DNA from: Leucoraja erinacea
Lineage: Eukaryota
Direction of reading: 5' to 3'
Assembly (NCBI RefSeq): GCF_028641065.1
Contig: NC_073377.1
Coordinates: forward strand, 144,770,001-144,834,000
Length of the DNA stretch: 64,000 nt
Every line of letters starts with the position of its first letter. Within the stretch, counting starts at the first letter, position 1. Position numbers and translations under genes: made by a program. Shown one piece after another: positions 63,700 to 64,000 of this stretch. Below the pieces are notes generated by a model. The model did no database searches. It was given only the letters and a program-made list of their open reading frames with translations, and was not told where the DNA came from.

Positions 63700-64000
63700 A
63701 AACATAGAAACTGTTTGCGGATAATACAAAAATAGGTGGGGGGGGGGCAGATGGTGTGGAGAATGCAGGGACTCTGCAGAAGAACTTGGACAGGTTGGGA
63801 GACTGGGCAGAGAAGTGGCAGATGGAATATAGTAGCAGTATAGTAGATGGAATATAGTAGAATAAAGTGTGGAGTCATGCATTATGTCAGTAAACATAGA
63901 AAATAGGTGCACGGGTAGGCCATTCGGCCCTTTGAGCCAGCACCGCCATTCAATATGTTCATGGCTGATCACCCAGAATCAGGAACCCCTTTCCTGCTTT
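63700..64000. mobile_element. CR1 fragments
   Basis: DDTKIGG...LQ..LDRLGDWAEKWQM on the plus strand, and a minus-strand CR1 3' tail from ~63892. Confidence 0.75.

Overview
This is eukaryotic (vertebrate) DNA, most likely from a cartilaginous fish such as a skate or ray; that is inferred from the HE1/V-SINE-like SINEs, abundant CR1 3' ends and Penelope fragments. The window looks intergenic or intronic and is dominated by decayed transposable elements. I could not support any intact host protein-coding gene, and most listed ORFs are spurious or TE remnants. Main contents: CR1, RTE, Rex1/Babar and L1 LINE fragments; tRNA-derived V-SINE-like SINEs; Penelope-like elements whose pseudo-LTRs carry minimal hammerhead-ribozyme motifs; a ~4.9 kb decayed DIRS1-type tyrosine-recombinase retrotransposon with ITR/ICR architecture; a non-autonomous LTR element with a tRNA-Leu PBS and multiple PPTs; PIF/Harbinger MITEs; a Tigger-like element; a Helitron; and a hAT-like element with a 5-bp TSD. 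The most notable signal is host-gene fragments inside DNA-transposon ends. A TLR7 segment lies between 39-bp Harbinger-type TIRs, and two copies of a TDP2 exon-1-like segment lie within a hAT-like composite. This suggests Pack-type gene capture. Protein assignments rest on recalled motifs, not database searches, and many boundaries are approximate.
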